A stretch of 63,957 bases of DNA, counting the filler, from Basidioascus undulatus (taxonomy: Eukaryota): NCBI GenBank assembly GCA_000826855.1. It is 3 parts of 3 records of this genome, joined end to end, with 100 filler letters (N's around TTAATTAATTAA, not from the genome) between each part and the next. Parts side by side here need not be neighbours in the genome. Positions count along the whole stretch, not along the records: positions 21,929 to 43,755 come from JTLS01000315.1; 2 more parts are not named here. One strand, written 5' to 3'. The notes below the pieces were generated by a model. That model searched no databases and was not told the origin of the DNA. It saw only the letters and a program-made list of their open reading frames with translations. Made by a program: the position numbers and the translations under genes. This document shows, one piece after another, positions 24,563 to 38,218 of this stretch (the stretch's first letter is position 1; each line of letters begins with the position of its first letter).

Positions 24563-25484
24563 CTGCTGGCCCAAAGCCTCATGCGTGCTTCTCGTAAGTA
24601 GTTGCACGACTACATCGGGAAGATGATATGATTATGAAGTGCACATTCCATCACTGGAAGCAGCCATATCCAACATAGCGGTATCAAACACAGCCGTATG
24701 AAGGTACACTTCTGCACTTCTCACGTAGAGGCAAATATGGTGTCCGCACTGCCACCCGGCGAAAGCGGAGGCTGAACATGTTTTTATACAACTGTTACAT
24801 ACATTTATATAGGATAGAATACTTCGGAGGAAGGTGAGCTGTAAGGACTGCACGAGCATGCCACTGCCCGTGGACGCGTGAACCTGTGCACCGTGTGGAC
24901 CATCACTTTCCATTCCGACAAGCGGCAGTACTCTGCAGTTAGACTGCACCGCCTCGGATACTTTCAGAGTTACGTTCAAGCTGTCCGCTTGTCGACTGCA
25001 GGCCCATCGTAGAGAGCTAGGTATCTGGCGTCACGTAGGTAGTGCAGACATCTGAATGTCGCTCTGCAAGAGTCTATGGACGTAGTGCAACAGGACGCTT
25101 TCGAAAAGACTTGAGGAACATTCCTGCATAATCATGTCAGTGTTCATGAAGTAGGACCAAGGGCACTTATGCACGGACTCAAGGATGACTTGAGTCGCGC
25201 TGCAACATCGTGAGGCCGTGCAGGTCTGCGGCAAGACTTGCTCTTTTCAGAAGCCTCATCGATGCCTCATACAACTTATAGTACTCAGTACTGAGTGTTG
25301 AAATAAAGTGTTTAGGTGCTTCCGGGCAGATGTTCGTCTATCGACCCTTTACGTGCCCGCTATATTCCCCTCTGTACGCCGCTCATGACAGAAAACGAGG
25401 GCGATATCGTTTCGCGCATGATATAAGCTGGAAATCGTCAAAGTTCATAATAATAAGCAATGCAATACCACTAAACAACTGTTC

Positions 25485-27631
25485 CTAGTTCTCCCTGTTC
25501 AGCAAGTCCTTGACCGCCTGCTCGCACGCCCTCCGTCCCTCCCCTTCTTTGCACAGATCGTGGCCTCCCTCCACCGTATCCCACCTCACCAGCCCGCACC
25601 GATGCGTGACCTGCGTCGCGAGGTCGCGCTGCGCAGCTTCCCAGCCCGGCCTGCGCGCGAGCGACTCAGAGGAGCTGAGGACGATCGCGGGCGCTTTGCG
25701 GGGGTACGTGCGCGCGTTGTCGAGGAGCGTGAGGCGGGAAAGCGAAGCTAGGAAATTCGAACAAGCGTCAGTAGAGGTTTTGAAATGTGAGAATTGGAAG
25801 GTAATAGAGACAACGCACTGAGGTCATGAGACAAATACGTCTCCTGCAGCAGTGCCTTGCTGAGCGCCTCGTTCCTCCCCCTTGTCTTGCGCGTCGCGAG
25901 CGTCCTCCCCTCCTTCGTCTCGCCCCTGCCAAGCATCGCGCCCCACTTTCGGATGCCCAGGGGCGTCGTGACGGCGGGCAGCCAGCGCGCGAAGATGCGG
26001 TGCACGGGCTGGCGGAACGCGAGCGGCAACCAGCGGAAGTAGCGCGGCGCGCGCGGAGGCGCGAAGTACAGCTGCGGCGTTTGCGCGTCGATGTGCAGGA
26101 GGGAGGACGTGAGCTGCGGGTGCATCGAGGAGAAGGTGCGGGTGACGAGGCTAGGGAGAGCGCGCAGATGTGAGCAGGGGAGGTTGAAAGCAGGAGGTTA
26201 ATGAACGCACCCTCCGTAGCCTTGCCCGACCAGGAGGAAAGATTGGGACTGCGAGAACTCTCCTGATTTGTTAAGCGCTTGATGAAGAGCTTCGGAAACG
26301 TGGGCGAGCTCGGAAGCCGGGGCGTTCTCAGAGAAGCCGTATCTGTTGCGTGCTTGAGTGAGCTTTGCGACTTGGGGGCGAAGATTAGACATTCAAGACG
26401 CACCCCGGCCGGTCCCAGTAGCACAAACGAGCCGTCTCCCCTCGGTTCTGCATGTCGCGCAACCACTGCGCCCCGACCGTCCCTGGGACGCCGCTCGCGC
26501 TCTCGAACATGACCGTCGGAACGCGCGAGCCGTTCAGCGTCGTCGGACCCGCGCAGTCTATGTGGACGTTATAGGACGTTTGGGTGTCGTACGGCCTAAT
26601 GGAGACGCGCTGGGAGGTGGGCGAGGGCAAGGGTGTGGAGGCGTCGTAGGCGCGTAGGATGAGGTTCACGGTGAGGAGCTGTCGGGAGAGGTGATTAAGA
26701 AGACGGAATTGAAAGACAGAATGCGTGAGTCACGCACGAAGAGGACAATTGTCCCCAGGAAGGACAGCAACATCGACAGCGCCTTGAGGATGAACCGGCC
26801 GGCCTTGTGCGGCCACGAATCGCTGGTCCGGAGCCGTGTGTACGCCTCGCGCGAGAACCGCGCCTCCTCGAGCTCGACGACGCGCACACGGAGCTTCGTA
26901 TCGCGCACGACCCACTCGGAGACCATGACGAGCGCCAGGCTCGCTAGGACGAGGAGCGCCGTGGAGAGGCCGAGCCACGACTCGCGGTGCCGGAGGTCGG
27001 CCACGGCCGCGAGGAGGATGACGTCGGTGAGGGCGAGGAGAGTGGCCAGGTAAGTCGAGAGGAGGGAACCGGTGGACGGCGTGGTGAAGAAGATGAGGTT
27101 GGAGAGGAGGATGTAGGTCGAGGTGACGGAGAGCCAGAACGGCAGGAAGGTCGTGGAGCGGGAGGGAGGAAGGTACGGGGAGAGGTCGGAAGACGTGTTG
27201 AGGCCCGTGAGAAGGGTGAAGACAACGGAGACGGCGAGGAGGAGGAGAAGCAGGAGATGGAGGAACTTCACGCGGCCCTTGGGAGGTGAAATATAAATGA
27301 TCTGTTAGTTGAAGTCAGGATGGGAGATCGAGAGATTAGGCTCACGAAAGCAAAGATCGACGGAGGTGTTTCTCTCTCCGCCGGCAACGTCCGCCGCGAG
27401 AGGCTCAGAGGAGGGCTCACGGAGCGGCTCAGCAAGCTGGTGGTCTCTGTCGGTCTGTAAAGGACGATTCGTGAGTGCTGTACCCGGGATCTCGCAGAGA
27501 TAACCGACGCACTCATTGTGGATGACCTCGCCTCGCTCAGCGCCGTTCCCGTCCAGCCCGGTTCTGGCGCCAGCGGCTTCGGCCTCGTCCTCCTCCGAGT
27601 CCTTCTTGCTGCTGTTGGACCACCACGGCAT
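25485..27631 (-). CDS. Integral membrane protein with C-terminal alpha/beta-hydrolase fold
   Basis: N-terminal TM helices, then VHIDCAG, TVMFES, CYWDRPG|YGFSENAP, LLVGQGYGG, LLHIDA and ends CEQAVKDLLNREN*; a conserved fungal architecture. Confidence 0.8.
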
Positions 27632-28063
27632 TTGTGGATGGTAAAAGATGGTAGTGGTAAGATGTAATGGTGAGAGGGAAGGTGTGGTGGAGCTCGAAGC
27701 CCGGGAATAATGGTCCTCGAGGCTCGATTCAATCTCGATGACGCACTTTGGTTGCCCCTTCACGCGATGTGCACGATCTGAAATGCTGCTTGGACACTAA
27801 TGATTGTTCAAACTGTCTTTGAGCATTATCCAGCCAAATTGTGACGATTTTATAAATAGATTTCTAGGCCGATGGTGATCCACGCAAAGCAAACTTCAAT
27901 TTACCGTGCAGTTTGGCGACGCTCTGCTCTCAGTCAAAGTCCCCCAAGCAAACAAAGCGAACTTTCACGTGACAGCTAGACTGGGAGCGCGTTGCTCGCT
28001 GCTCTCGCCCGACCATCACCATCGAAGCAACATCTCATCGCGTCTTCGGATGCACACACAGCT

Positions 28064-31000
28064 ATGAGCGATGCATCGAATGCCGCAACGCCCGCCGAGC
28101 TCCGCGATGCTTTCCCCAAGCTAAGCGAAGGCGCGCTCGCCGAGGCCTGGCGCGCCTCCGCCGGGAACCTCGAGAGTGCCGTCCAAGCGCTGTCCGTTGC
28201 AGACGCGGAGCGTATGTGCGCTAAGGCAAAGGAGGGAAGGGACAACCATCAGGAGGATCTGGCGGTGGAAAGTCGCGCGGGCAAGCGGAGGGAGGTCGTC
28301 GAGATTGATAGCAGCGACGAGGCCGACTCTGGCCCGGAGGACGCCGCCGCAGGAGACGCCGCTTCGAGACCTTCGAACGGCTTGGGTAGCGGCGCAGGCA
28401 CTCCGAAAGACGCTGGTGCGAGTTCCTCGTGCGCGCCCGCGCCCGCACCGTTCACCATCGATGACGCTCTCGCTTCGGTCTTGAGCATCGTTCCGGACGT
28501 TCTGCCCGCACACGCTCGCTCACTTCTCGTATGTCACCTCGATCGACTCGGGCCTTGACATCACGCTCATGCACCTCGTATCCTTATAGGAAAAGCATGC
28601 GTCTAAAGAGCACGAAGGTAGGCAGACTCTGCGCGCAGTGTCTTTGCATATGCTGAGGCGTGGTTCGGCAGCGATCGGCATCGTTGTGGACCTCATCTTC
28701 GACGACGTCTCCTACCCAAGAGCGCCAGACTCCTCTCCCTCCAAGAAGCGCAAACGCGCGAACGACGACGGTGCCGATGCGGGCCTCCCCGCCAAGGCGC
28801 GCGCGCTCGAGTTCGACTACGGCAAGGTCGAGGGGCGTGCTCGTCCGACATCGGCTAATTACGCCGGGAACACGCTCACGCAGCTTCAGTCGGACTATCC
28901 GCTCGTTCCGCTCGCTTTGTACATTTTACGCAGTCCAACTCCATTCGCACCACCCGCTAACTGAAATCGCTGACATCTCTCCTCACCTTCTTTTTCGCCG
29001 TACCTCCTTTTCGTCTCTTTCGCGGCGCCTAGCATTCGCGCGACGCTCAAGCAGCAAGGCGACTTCTATGCGCCCACGCACGCTGCGCTCGCCGAGACTG
29101 CTGCGCTGGTCGCGAAGCCGTACAAGGACAAGAAGGTCCCGTTCCGGGCGAAGGGCAAGCTTCCGGCGGATCCCGAGTTCAAGGCGGAGCTCGAGTGGGT
29201 CAAGTCGCTGGAGAGTGAGTCTTCTTTCAAGCCTGACGCGTAGCCTGACGCGTAGTCAGGCTTGACAGTCGAGGGGCAGCATTACGTGCACAGCACGGGT
29301 TTCGGCCAACTGGGCACTTGTTTCAACTTACTGACAAGCTCGCCCGCTTTGTCAGTGAGCAAGATCGCGGAAAACGACGCGGAAATCGCGGAGCAGCTGG
29401 ACGAGGAGGAGAATGGCGGGATCGAGTGCGGCTGCTGCTTTGGCGAGTATGCCTTTGTGCGTCGTCTCCGCTTTTCATCTCCGGCGCGCTTTTTACTGAA
29501 CGTGTGGAGTTCCGCTGGAGCAGGACAAGATGGTCCAGTGCGAGGAGGGGCACCTCTTCTGTTCGGCCTGCGCGAGAAGGGCGGCGGAGGAGCAGATCGG
29601 ACATCGCAAGACGGTGCGTCTGAACTGGAGCATGGCTAGCAGGGGCAAGGATCGCTGACAACTCGGCTGATTCAGGAGCTAAAATGTCTGTCATCCGATG
29701 GCTGCATGTCCCGCTTCCCGATGAGCGAGGTCAAGCGCTTCTTGCCTGTCAAGGTTCGCATCGCCTCTTATCACGGTTTCCCTCCTGTGCTAACGCCCCC
29801 TCCCGCAGACGTGGAACCTAGTACGTTACGCGTGCAGCCTCGCTGATGATATGAAGCTGAGACTGACCTCTGCACCGAAGCTGCACCGCATCATCCAAGA
29901 GCGCGAGATCGAAACCGCAGGGATCGAAGGCCTCGAGAGCTGCCCGTTCTGTCCGTTCAGCGTCATCATCGACAACGCGGACGAGAAGCTCTTCCGCTGC
30001 GAGAACGAGGAGTGCGCGGCGGTGACGTGCAGGCAGTGCAAGAAGGCGGTACGTCCTCTCCTTGTGAGCGTCGACGGTCTGGGCTGCGATGCTGACCGCA
30101 TGGAGGACGGCAGAACCACCTTCCGAGTAAGCCATCACGAACAGAGCACTACGCGTCGTCGCTGAACAGTGGATTTGGACCAGGATCCTGCCAGGGTAAG
30201 CTGACGGATTCACTTTTGCGTCCCGATCGCAGCTCATCACATGGTCTGTCTGCCTCGCAGAGGTCGAAGACAACAAGAAGCTGGACGCGAGGCACACGGT
30301 CGAAGAGGCCATGACCAAGGCCCTCATCCGACCCTGCCCTCAATGCAAACAACCGGTATGCTTCTCAAAGTTCCCCGGACTTACACTTCGTGCTGACATC
30401 GTTCTCTTCCGACAGTTCATGAAGTCGGATGGCGTAAGCGCTCAGCCCTTAGTCCGGTTCTCTTCAGCAGCTGACATTGTGGCTGTCGCTTGATGCTCGA
30501 TGCAGTGCAGTACGTCATCTCGTGTCGTGGACTGTTATCAGTTTCAAAGGCTGACTTGTCACATTCACGCAGACAAGATGACCGTGCGTCCGTTCGCCAC
30601 TGGAAAACGAGCTTCCTGCTGATCATCGTTGCTGGACAGTGCCCGAACTGCCGCACCATCAGCTGCTATGTCTGCCGCAAGGCCATCACCGACGGCTACA
30701 AGTACGTCTCCTCAAGTCCTCATGTGGCTGAGGCCGCTCACGTCTTTTCCTCATCGCAGCCACTTCGACCAGAACCCGGTGGGACCTACAGTACCAGTTT
30801 CTCCTCACATCGCAGGCTCAGGTGTTGACGCACGTGTTACAGGCCGCATACGACCAGCCGCGCAACACCAGAAAGTGCCCGCTCTGGGAGGATGCGAACC
30901 AGAGGTAAGTGTTCGATTATTCCTAGGCCCTTTTGGGGAGATTAACGTAATCCTCCATTGTCTTTTCAGGCACGACCGCGAGGTAAGGCCCGCGATGAGT

Positions 31001-31645
31001 CGTCCAAGTTTGACATGACTAACGTCATTCTTTCGGACAAGGTTACCGAAGCTGCACGAGTCGCGCAAGAAGCGGCGCGCCAAGGCAACGCGGATTTGAA
31101 CGAAGACGACGTCCAGGTCGAATTGTAGTTCGCGTGTGCGTCTTCTCGCAGCGCCGTTTAAGTCTAACTGTTTTCTCTCTCAGACCTCGCAACGCCGCTG
31201 CTGGCCATGCCCAACCGGTGCCGTACCCGTACGGCCCGGCGATGCCTGGCATGCCTGGCGTCTTCATCGCCGGCGGGCCGGCGGGCGTGCATTTCCACGC
31301 CGGTGGGCCCCCCCCAGGCATGGCGAGTCATGACTGATTCATTAAATCGACTTGATGTTGTCGCTGACCAATTGCCGTCGTTTGCAGGAGCAACTCATCC
31401 AGCAGCAACAAGCGGCGGCGCAAGCAGCCCGAGCCCAAGCTCAAGCCGCGCACGAGGCAGCCCGTGCAGCCCAGCACGCTGCGCAGGTGCACGTTCAACA
31501 GGCGCGGCAGGAGATGCTCCGTCAGCAGCAGCGCGATGCTCAGGCGTATCGCGCGCGGCTGGCTGCTCACCAGGCTGAGCTCGACAGGCAGCAGGAGGAG
31601 GTGAACAGGGCCCGGCGGGCTCGAAGGGATGCTAGGAGGAGATGA
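28064..31645 (+). CDS. RBR (RING1-IBR-RING2) E3 ubiquitin ligase, RNF216/TRIAD3-like, with CUE-like N-terminus
   Basis: RING1 ECGCCFGE..C.EGHLFCSAC; IBR CPFCPF..CENEEC..CRQC..NHLPRSC; RING2 CPQC..FMKSDG|CN|KMT|CPNCRTISCYVC assembled from micro-exons; Gln/Ala-rich coiled tail. Confidence 0.9.
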
Positions 31646-32665
31646 GGGGGGCGGTTGGCGGTGAGAAAGGTGGTCTGGTGGGCATGAGAGAGATTTTGGG
31701 ACGTCGCCTGGCGCTTTTGGCGGTTTCGTTTGCTACAACACTGTTCGCATTTCCTGGGCTTTTGTTTCTGTACCTCACTGTCGCATCGCTCGTCCGGCAA
31801 TCCCTGTTTGTTGTTCGAATTGAACTAGTCAACACCTTGTGTGGGAGCTTTTCCAATCAGTGATGGTGGATTGCGACCGCGACATGCAGCCTCGGTCTGC
31901 ACGTGTTCCACGCAGGCTGCGAAGTGGCCATCCTTTGGTCGGAAGTGGGGCGCATGGAACGAAGCAGCTCTGACGCTCCTTGTAAAACAGTAAGCAACCA
32001 CGTTGACAACATTCTACTGCGACCGATCGAGACTACCATTCAACGTGGCTGCGATAGCTGCCTGGAGAGTGGAGGCGGTCCCTTTCCCGCACTTGGTCCT
32101 GGCGGTCCTGGCACGCCCCACCGATCGACGACTCGTAGTTGGCGGCTATTGCAACTTTCAAACTGAAGTGTGATGAGAAAAGGATCTGACTTCCACCTAA
32201 AGGATGGCCGCATACTGTGTAGCCTTCGGGAGCAGTTCCAGTCGGAGGGCTGTTATGCGCCTGGCGACCACTGCGCAGTTGCTCGCGCGTTCCCGGCTGC
32301 GCAGTACACCGAAGGGAACCGCACTCCTCTCGCCCATGCCAGGCTCTATTTCGAGATTGTCTTTCTATATTTGGGGTCGGAACGTTTATAAAGGTGTGAG
32401 GTGCTCGAAGAGACGCAGGCGCTTTAGCAGCAAACTCAGCGTTGACGAGTCGACGAGCCAGCCGGGAAACCCCGCAACAACCCAAGGCACGTTCGCTTTC
32501 ACAGTTGCGCAGAGCTCCACCCTAATGCAACGTCTAAGGCGCTATGCATATACAGAAATCGGAGGCGCTACAGCCTTGGCTCACATGTATTCAGCGAGCG
32601 AAGCAGCACCAACCTCCTCGACCGACTCGCCGTGTTCCCGAATCAGCAACAAGTCGCTGAGCACC

Positions 32666-35587
32666 ATGACCGCCGAGACATCGCCTCAGCTCGGCAACGC
32701 GACCATCTCGCGCCGGTCCTCTTTCACTTTCTACGACCGCACGGCTCCCGGATCCGCATGGCAATCTAAGGCGCCGACGATCATCGAGCCTGCCCCTGAA
32801 GAGCCGCCGGCCATCAAGGAGGAAACAGCTGTCCAGGCGGTTACGAAGGAGCCGGCGAGCGAGCCTTCGCATGGCCGTCTTCTCCCGCTACGCCAGTTCT
32901 TGATCGTGTACGCCTGCCTTGCGCTTGCCACTTTGCTCTCTTCCCTGGACCAGGTACGCTTGCTTCCAGCTCCTGGACCGTGCGACATCGTTGTAATGAG
33001 AGTGGATGCCCCGCAGACCATCGTTGCTGCAGTGCTGCCTCAGATTTCCAAGGACTTCCAGTCGGCTTCTCAGATCAGCTGGGTAGTCTCTTCCATCGAT
33101 TCAAAGCTCGACCCCTGTACTGAATGCCTTTGTCGTTTGAAGGTCGGAACAGCCTTTCTGTTGACGTCCACCGCCTTCTCGCCTTTCTACGGCCGTCTGG
33201 CCGACGTGTTCGGAAGGAAGGCTGCCTTCTTATGCGCCATGACAATTTTCTCAGGTATTTTTTTCTTCTGAACTTCCATACGGAGGAAAGGGGCTGAAAC
33301 ATTCCTGCAGGGGGCACCGTTCTCTGCGCTGTCGCCCCGAACATGGTCACGCTCAGTACGCACGCCGGGCCATGCCGACTGAAACGTAATGCTGACCCCC
33401 TTTGCTAACTCAGTCATTGGAAGAGCCATTGCTGGTGTCGGTGGAGGTGGCTGCTTTTCCATGGTACACATTGTGGTCTCCGACGTTGTAAGGTCCGTGT
33501 CGCCGCTTCAACATCTGCCATAGCTCGAAATTAGAATGACGGGAGACGACATCACCAGCCTTCGCGCTCGCGGCAAGTACCATGGCATCCTCGGTTCGGT
33601 AAACGGTGCCGGAAGCGTTATCGGTATGTCCTGCTTCTCCGGCATATGGTCCCGCGTCCTCACACTGACCCACGGGTCCACTGTCGCCAGGTCCGCTCGT
33701 CGGTGCAGGTATGTGGCAGCCCTTCTTCAAACATGGAGGTGAACGCTAACATTGCTTGATCTTCGTTTTGCAGCCCTCGCTCAGCGTCTTTCATGGCGGT
33801 GCGTCGTGCCGCTCCTGAAGTCATCTGCCTGATCGCTAACGTCAAGTTCGTACAGTTGGAGCTTTTACTTTCAACTTCCCATCATGGGGCTAGCCATTAT
33901 CTGCATTACTTTCTTCTTGCCGTCGACCGGCAACCTAGACCGCGCCAAGTTCGCGACCAAGTTCAAAACGCTGGACTACATCGGCATCACGCTTCTGCTG
34001 GCCGCCATGACCTTTGCTTGTGTACGTTTGCCCCATTCCATGGGAAGTGGGGAAAAGTATTCAAATTTACATGGCACAGCTGGCAATCAACATGGGTTCA
34101 AAAAAAGTCACGCCCGCCGTCACTGCATTCGCAACGGCTGCCGGCTTCCTCGTCTTCATTTTCGGCTATTGGCAGACCCAAGCTAAGGCCGGAATCATGC
34201 CCCCATGGATATTCACCAACATGCAAGTAAAAATCAATTCTCAACCGGCACAAGGCAGACTTACAGCTGGCTTCTTCCTTCTGCAGCTCGCTTGGCATTA
34301 CCTTCGTTCTCAACTTCTCCTTCGGGTATGTCTCAATCATTGCCCGGCTCCACAGCGCTTCCCGCTGACTTGGACGCAACAGGTGGATTTTCTATACTGG
34401 CCTCTACTATCTCCCAGTGCGAACAATCCCGACTATGAGATGAACCGCCTTGCTTACTTGGGCAATGAGGACAGGTCTTCTTCCAAGTGGTGGATCGCCA
34501 AACCGTCCTCGAGTCTTCGATAACCCTTCTCCCTTTCGTCCTGACATCAAGTGCGAGCCTTGACTTAGGAGAATTATGATCAGACCAGCTAAGACTATCC
34601 CGCAGTTCTCTTTTCGACCTTCTCGGGGGTTGCGACCTCGTACACGGGCAACTACAAGATCAGCCTCATCCTCGCCTACGCCCTTATGCTCGCTGCGGCT
34701 GTGGGTCTCGCAACGCTCGGGCGCTTCACGCCTCATGGCATCGAGATCCTCTACATGATACTTCTCGGCATCGGAAGCGGCTGCCAAATGCAGAACTCCC
34801 TAGTGGTGGGTTTTGTGCCTCTTCGCTGGTCGGACACCAGACTCATCCAGTATTTGTGTCGGGGAAAATCTCAAGGCCGCTCAAAGCGCCACCCCCAAAA
34901 AGAATGTCGCTGTCGTATCCTCCGTCCGGAACTACTTCCGCAACTCGGGTACGTACTCTCAAATTAGGCCTCGGTTTGCCGAAGCTGATGGGGGTTTCGT
35001 CTAGGTGGAGTGTTCGGCTTGACGATTTCCGGCGCGATCCTCAATGTACCTGAGAGTTTTACTCGGCAGTGACTTGAGTTCCCACTCACACCGCAATCGG
35101 CCCCACAGGTCCTCATGCGCACTACCCTGGACTCACACCTCGCGCAGGAGCTGCCCGACGAGATTCTCGACACTGTCGCTGCCGATCCTCTGGCCGTGCA
35201 CGATCTCCAGATCCTCAAGGAGTCGCAGCGCTCGTTCATGATCGATACGTACGTGAAGACGCTTGTCGTGATCTTCTGGATCTTCGTGCCGTTCACCGCA
35301 ATCGCGCTGTACGACTATTCCACTTGCTTCACGTGTTGGGAGAGACACTTACCGGTTCGCCTCGTACCAGGATATCTTCTATCATTCTTCCCGAGGTCCG
35401 CTGCTTTCGTCTTTGGAAAGGCCGTGTTGGGATTGTTCACGACTTGCTGACACTCTTTCATTGCACGCAGTTCGACCTCAACCGCACCGAAGACGGCCTG
35501 CCGGTCAGGCGCCCCAACCTCTTCAAGCGTCTGTGGCGAAGACTGGCCCGCCATGAAGACTCAGAGGAGCCCAACGGCACAGCCTAG
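32666..35587 (+). CDS. MFS multidrug transporter, DHA2 (14-TMS) family, many small exons
   Basis: LSSLDQ|TIV, WVGTAFLL, YGRLADVFGRK (motif A), GRAIAGVGGGG, VSLRARGKY, WRWSFYFQLP, LDYIG. Confidence 0.9.
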
Positions 35588-36349
35588 CATCTTTCGGTCG
35601 CCGAGACCGGAGCTATCGCTGGCGCTCAGGTCCATCTGCAGATTCAGACCGGCAAGAAGCCAACCGTCTCGTAACGTTCCTGTACATCCCCTCTTCGACC
35701 TGCGCCTGTAGAGTTTCCGTCTTCATTTGTATCCGTCCACTCTGAGCGACACATTTCCCTTTATGACCATGAATCATTCCAGAAAAAACATGCCGAGATG
35801 CGAAAACCCGTAGTTTCTGTCTGCTTGAAGGCAGACAGGACTGTCCGTAATCTTGAGTCCACTCAGGATCACTGCCTCATGGGGGCGAACGGAGCTTAGG
35901 AGTTGCCCCTACTCGTTCTTGGGGATGTTTGGACAAAATATCTGGTGTATCAGAATACAAGCGAATGACAAACGCACACGCTGGAAAACGAAGTGGCTCG
36001 TCTAAGCTGCCCGCATTCGTGACTGAAGCCTGCCTGTTTCCTAAGCGGGTGCATGTCCCGCCCGAGTCCAGTCCGTGAGGAGAGTTAATCGACAGCTTGA
36101 CTATCTGCTGCAAAGTGAAGCTGCTAACCCTGCGCAGCGTCGCGGCGCATTCTCTCGCTCGCGCACATGGAATCGCTCATAAACTTGCCGAGCCAACGAT
36201 ACTGCGAAAGAGCGATATATTTGCCCATTTCCACCCCTATCAAGGAAAGATGGCAAACCGACGCATCTGGCCCGTGCTTCCTCACCCTGCACATCACCCT
36301 GTTTCCACAGCTCACCCTGTTCCCACAGCTGACCGCTGCCCGGGCCGAC

Positions 36350-37829
36350 CTTGAAGAAGTGCGCGCGATGGAAGCAGATGAGACGAACGGACGGGCACGA
36401 CCTAACAAGAGCATCAACAGAGCGTCTGGGCATCCGCTCGAGAGAGGTGGTGCCCGGCATTGAGATCGAGTTTGAGGTATCGTAGCCTGATGAAGGGAGC
36501 GAATGCGGAGGCCACCCTGGCAGGCTGTTGGGCAGGATTAGACCATGGCAGCGAGCCGTCAGTACAGGAGCGCAAAGAAAAATACCATAAAAGGGATAAT
36601 ACTGGAATATTGAACGCACATGCAGGCCGTGTCTAGCTCGGTCGCGGCACTCGAGCGCCTCTAGCGAGCCATGTAGACAAGGCGCGGGAGAGAGCACGCC
36701 GTTAGGCCCCAGCTGCCGCCCCGGGTCGAAATTGCTAAATCGAGGCGCTCTGAGAGGGACCCGTTGCTCCTGTATAAAATAGTGCCAAGTTCGATTTGAA
36801 GAGCTGGGCCTTTGCCCCACCCCACATCGAGTTCCTCCAGCGAAGGCCGTGTAGCTGAGGCGAGAACGTTGAATGCATCCACGTCACTACCAAGCAGACA
36901 TCGCAGATGAGGAAGTGCCAAATCAGGCAAACCCTCGAAGGGACGCTTCGTGCCTGAGGGCGCCGCCCCGGAGGGCGCTTGGAGGGCCCTGTGATGCGAA
37001 TGAACGTGATGCCCGGGTGGCGGTCGAGGAAAGTGTGCAACAGTGCTGGATGAGGCAGGACGATGTTTCGCAAATCAAGCGCCGTAGGTGATCAAAGGTC
37101 ATAGCGGCAGGGTGCACCTCATTGAAATTGGGGGAAGTAGAGGACGCAAGGCGCAGAGTGCGGAGCGAGCCTGAAGAGGCGATGATGGAGCGCTGAACGA
37201 AAGGACGAGATGAACGGCGCGACGGCCTAGTGTGCGCCGCTGAGGAAAATGGACTCGAGATGTGCGAGTGCGGGCGCGGTGTCCGAGTTGGGCGGCCACG
37301 CGTTCCCGACAATCTGCCCGAGGTCGACCTGCAGATCGAGGTGTGCGAGACGAGGCAAGTTCGATAAGGCATTGGTGAGTCTGACAGCAAGATCGACGTC
37401 CTGCACGTCCAGCACAGTCTCGTCTATCTGCACGCTTCGGAGGGTACGCTGGCTGGCGCCGAAACATTCGAGAAGCTCCACGCCTCTTTCGAGGTTCGCG
37501 ATTGCGGACTGCTTCTGCTCACGCATGGGGACACTTGTAATAAAGGCCCCCGTGGGAAGCTGCGACTTTGTGCCAAGTTTGTACTGGTCGGCGTGGAGGA
37601 CGAGGTTTCGAATGTGCGCTTCGTGGGCGCGCGGGAAGGCCGGACCGTGCAAAGTGAGATCGAGGTGGACGGTCGAGTAGAGCGCTGGGGCGGAGAGCGC
37701 ATGGAGCGCCCTGGAGGTACGAGACAGAATGACGAGGTCTGAGATTGGAAGGAATTCGATGCATCGCCCGATGGTCTCGGGAGGTAAAGTCGTAAGCATC
37801 GGAAGATTGGGCGGAGTCGACGAGGACAT
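36350..37829 (-). pseudogene. F-box/LRR-like gene with premature stop and frameshifts
   Basis: F-box LTTLPPETIGRCIEFLPISDLVILSRTSRALHAL. TAG at 37227 followed by LRR-like segments (LRTLRL, SLEELDV) in other frames. 3' end approximate. Confidence 0.6.
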
Positions 37830-38218
37830 GATGAGTGTGAGAGGCAAGAGGACTCGCAGATTGCCTCTCACGTGCAGTGGACGACCGGCGTCGACGCCGC
37901 ACGCCGGGCAACTCCTCCGAACTCCTCCATTACTGGTGAACGCAGACATTGCATCGTGTTCCCCAGCGCTCTGTCACGCGCATGAACAATGTTGTTGTGT
38001 GATTTCTGACGAATGGGTTCTCCTGGTTTCGTTGTGTACGTCCAGGCTATCGCGATGACGACGGCGACACGAGCCAACGAGACGCGTCGCCTGCGTCTTC
38101 CCTCTTGACCTCCTTGACCTCGTTCCTCCTTGACGCTACTTGCTCATTTCCAGCCGACAACCCCATCCACTCCAACAACACACGCGTGCGCAAGGCGATT
38201 CTTCTCCCGAAACCATCC

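Noticed and set aside
26205..26245. GQGYGG lacking a catalytic Ser in the membrane alpha/beta-hydrolase
   Set aside because: From recall this fungal family generally lacks the Ser, so it is not a specific novelty (unverified).
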